Origin: Macrostomum lignano
Lineage: Eukaryota
DNA length: 64,000 nt
Direction of reading: 5' to 3'
NCBI GenBank assembly: GCA_002269645.1
Contig: NIVC01002733.1
Coordinates: 81,253 to 145,252 of the forward strand
The notes under the pieces are model-generated. The model was given only the letters and a program-made list of their open reading frames with translations, was not told the DNA's origin and ran no database searches. The position numbers were made by a program, and so were the translations under genes. Below, in pieces: positions 61,557 to 64,000 of the stretch. Position 1 is the stretch's first letter; each line of letters starts with the position of its first letter.

Positions 61557-63448
61557 CTAGCTATCTGAACCACTGGCCTTAACCAGCATTTCAATCTTCA
61601 GCTGTAGCCAATCGGGCACATCATCAAGCACTCTTGTGATTCGCCTGCGCAACAGTCGCAGCAGCTGCAGATCATCTCCGCAGATCGATGCAGCCACCAC
61701 CAGTTCCTGTTGGTCCGCATCCGTTCTCATTGCAACATCCCGGACCCACTGCTGCCCTACGGCATCAGTTTTGCCAGCCAATTCAAAGTGAATGGCCTGC
61801 AGCAGGGCATCGAAGTTCATGTAATAAAAGTTGGCATAGTTCTCCAGCGTCAGAGGAAACAGATTGTCGACATAATTGGTTAAAAATGAGAAGCTCAGTT
61901 TCTCGTAGAATAGAAAACAGTATTGCCAAGCGGAGTCTCGGCTCGTCAGGTGTTGCCAAACAAAGTCGGTCGTTGCTTCACTCGCCGAAGCCCCAGAGGG
62001 CCAGTCGATGCCTCTACTCACACCGATTGCTCTGCAGTCTCTCACAACTTGAGTAGCAGCCTCTCGATCGCCTGACCTGATGAGGGCCATAGCTCGGAGC
62101 GACTCTCTAGTCGATCTAGCGCAGTCTGGCAGCTTGTCAATCAGTTCATCAAGGTATTCTTGCGCCTCCGAGTTGTAGTATTCATCAGAGAGGCAAACCA
62201 AAGCCGCTTTGACGACATCGTAGATCTCGTGAAACTCACACTCGACAGTCTCAGATTCTTCAGATGCTTCTGAAGAGCTTTCCAATAGACTGGGAAGCAC
62301 GAGGAACGGATGGAAGTGAAATCGGCCCGAGTCAGTGACGGGTTGCAGATTGTCAATGAACTGCACAAGAAGCTGAGGCAGATTCGACATGGTGTCTCTC
62401 AGAGCATCGGCTGCGGCATTCAAGGATTCGCCAACCTTCTCGGATGAGCTGATGTCAACGCCTCGCAGGTACACTGAACCATCGCTCAGAAAGAAGTGGT
62501 CCATGATTCGACCGTCAGTACTGTCCAATTGGTGGGCGCTCTCAACACAGTCAATTAGCATTTGCAGTGAGCGTCTTGTGAGAGTCACGAGGTTCGTCTG
62601 ATCCCATTCTTCCGGTGGTGTCTCCTCCACCATTCGAAATGTAAGCGTCTTGGCGTGATAAGACTTAAAGCCATTGTGACGGACGGCCTTTTTTAATAGC
62701 CACTTGAGAATGACAAACAATTGGCCCTGCATAGTACTGAGACTCCGCAGTAGCCGTTTCTCCAGGAAGCTGGTGCTTACACGGAGCTGCTCCCCGCCTT
62801 TCCGGGAGGAGCTGCGTGCACCACGTGACAAGGTGACGAATCCGAAGTTAGGTCCTGCTGGAGCAACTTCAGCACGGGCTCAGCGATGTTAGACTTGAAG
62901 ACTCGGTCTTTGTGCAGCGGCGCGATAGGCGGATAGCAACACAGAAGGCGGGCGAGGACTTCGTCGAAAGCTGGTCTTAGCGTGGAGCCGAGCCACGCGG
63001 TCGATGGACTCGACGCTGCAATTTTTTCAGGCCAATGAGCGCTATTCATGAAAATTAAACGGGCTAGCAACAAATCGTTAATTTTAGGACTAAATGCTGT
63101 CTTACCGAATCCAGGGCTCAAACGTGGCCGTTTTTATATTCCACAGTCTGCACGGCGCCGCACTCGCACAGACCTGTTGGATGCAGCAGCGGTCCTTGCA
63201 CCAACTGCATCATGTCAATATCTGACTCGGTGTCAGTTTTACCGTTTAGAGTTTTCAGACTGTTGCCCCAGCCTTCGGAGAAGCTGCCTACCACGAAGTA
63301 TCCGTCGTGAGTCTGCCTTCTGCGTAGAATGTCTTGCAGAACGTCAGCCACAGCGCTCTGCAATGCGGCTCTGGAGTCTACGAACCCAGATTGAGAGAGC
63401 GCAGAGTGCAGCTGTTGGCTCAGTTCTGAGTCGCAAGTTGCCGGTCTT
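61557..63448 (-). CDS. Mab-21/cGAS-like nucleotidyltransferase with C-terminal helical extension (two 1-bp frameshifts in the assembly; possible 90-bp intron 63016-63105)
   Basis: YFVVGSFSEGWG...ESDIDMM (hGS..DhD), AFDEVLARLLCCYP (third acidic strand), CHVVHA, LRVSTSFLEKRLL, LKWLLK, FKSYHAKTLTF, IMDHFF: the Mab-21 fold motif series. Confidence 0.85.
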
Positions 63449-63513
63449 CTGAAAGACGAACGAAGCAATATCGAGTTCACAATAAATATTAAATCATGGG
63501 CAAGCACGCTAAC

Positions 63514-64000
63514 CTTTGTGCGATTGAGCCGTTATCGGCTGGCAAAGAATCGCCAATACTAAGCGCTAGCTGGAGCAAATTGACCACGCGGCTGTTGCCA
63601 AATTCCTGAGCGCATCGTAGAGCAGGTTGGATCGATTCCAGCTTGCATCGATTCCAGCTTGCACTGGAGAATGGACTCACGACTAGCAACTCAGCCACTT
63701 CGTAGCGGCCGTTTGCGATGCAATGTAGAGAGGGCGTCTTGCCTGTCTTAGCTTGAATATTGATGTCAGCTAGCGCTTTAATAAGTAATTCGACAGTCTT
63801 CAGGTGGCCACGGCACGATGCGATGTAGACAGGCGTGCGACCATCGCTTGCTGATGATTGACATCGGCTCGAGCTCTAAGCAGCGATTCGAGCACTCCGG
63901 GATGGCCTTGCTGCGACGCGATGTACAGCGGCGACTCGCCACCAATTTTCTAAATCGCGACATCGCCTGGGCTTTAAGTAGCAAGTTCACAATCTTATGG
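63514..64000 (-). CDS. Ankyrin-repeat exon, probably the N-terminal part of the Mab-21 gene; several 1-bp indels; runs off the window
   Basis: GESPLYIASQQGHPGVLESLLRARADVN, DGRTPVYIASCRGHLKTVELLIKALADIN, GKTP.., ALRCAQEFGNSRVVNLL. Phase-2 intron 63449-63513 (AG|GTTAGC...TTTCAG|A) joins it in frame to the NTase exon. Confidence 0.75.

Overview
Eukaryotic (animal) genomic DNA: GT-AG introns, TTAGGG repeats, SINE/LINE/Penelope/DNA-transposon debris and many minisatellites. The overall style suggests a flatworm such as Macrostomum, but that is inference and cannot be confirmed from the window. There are three compartments. (1) About 1-11.95 kb is an AT-rich, almost CpG-free, TpA-rich domain holding heavily transition-mutated remnants of a pogo-like transposase and a multi-exon gene. 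(2) About 12-20.5 kb is a co-oriented cluster of MRPL47, RPL36 and a Tudor-domain gene, with introns and spacers largely made of minisatellites. (3) About 23.6-64 kb is a tandemly duplicated array of six secreted C-type-lectin + PAN/apple genes (four intact, two disrupted). Their differences concentrate, in mosaic fashion, in the predicted ligand-binding loop. The copies are separated by Helitron-like, SINE, Penelope, RNase H LINE, Crypton-like and satellite insertions, and are followed by an ankyrin-repeat/Mab-21 (cGAS-like) nucleotidyltransferase gene. The strongest candidates for something new are the RIP-like hypermutated domain, the hypervariable lectin array and the ANK-cGLR fusion. All counts and alignments were done by eye.
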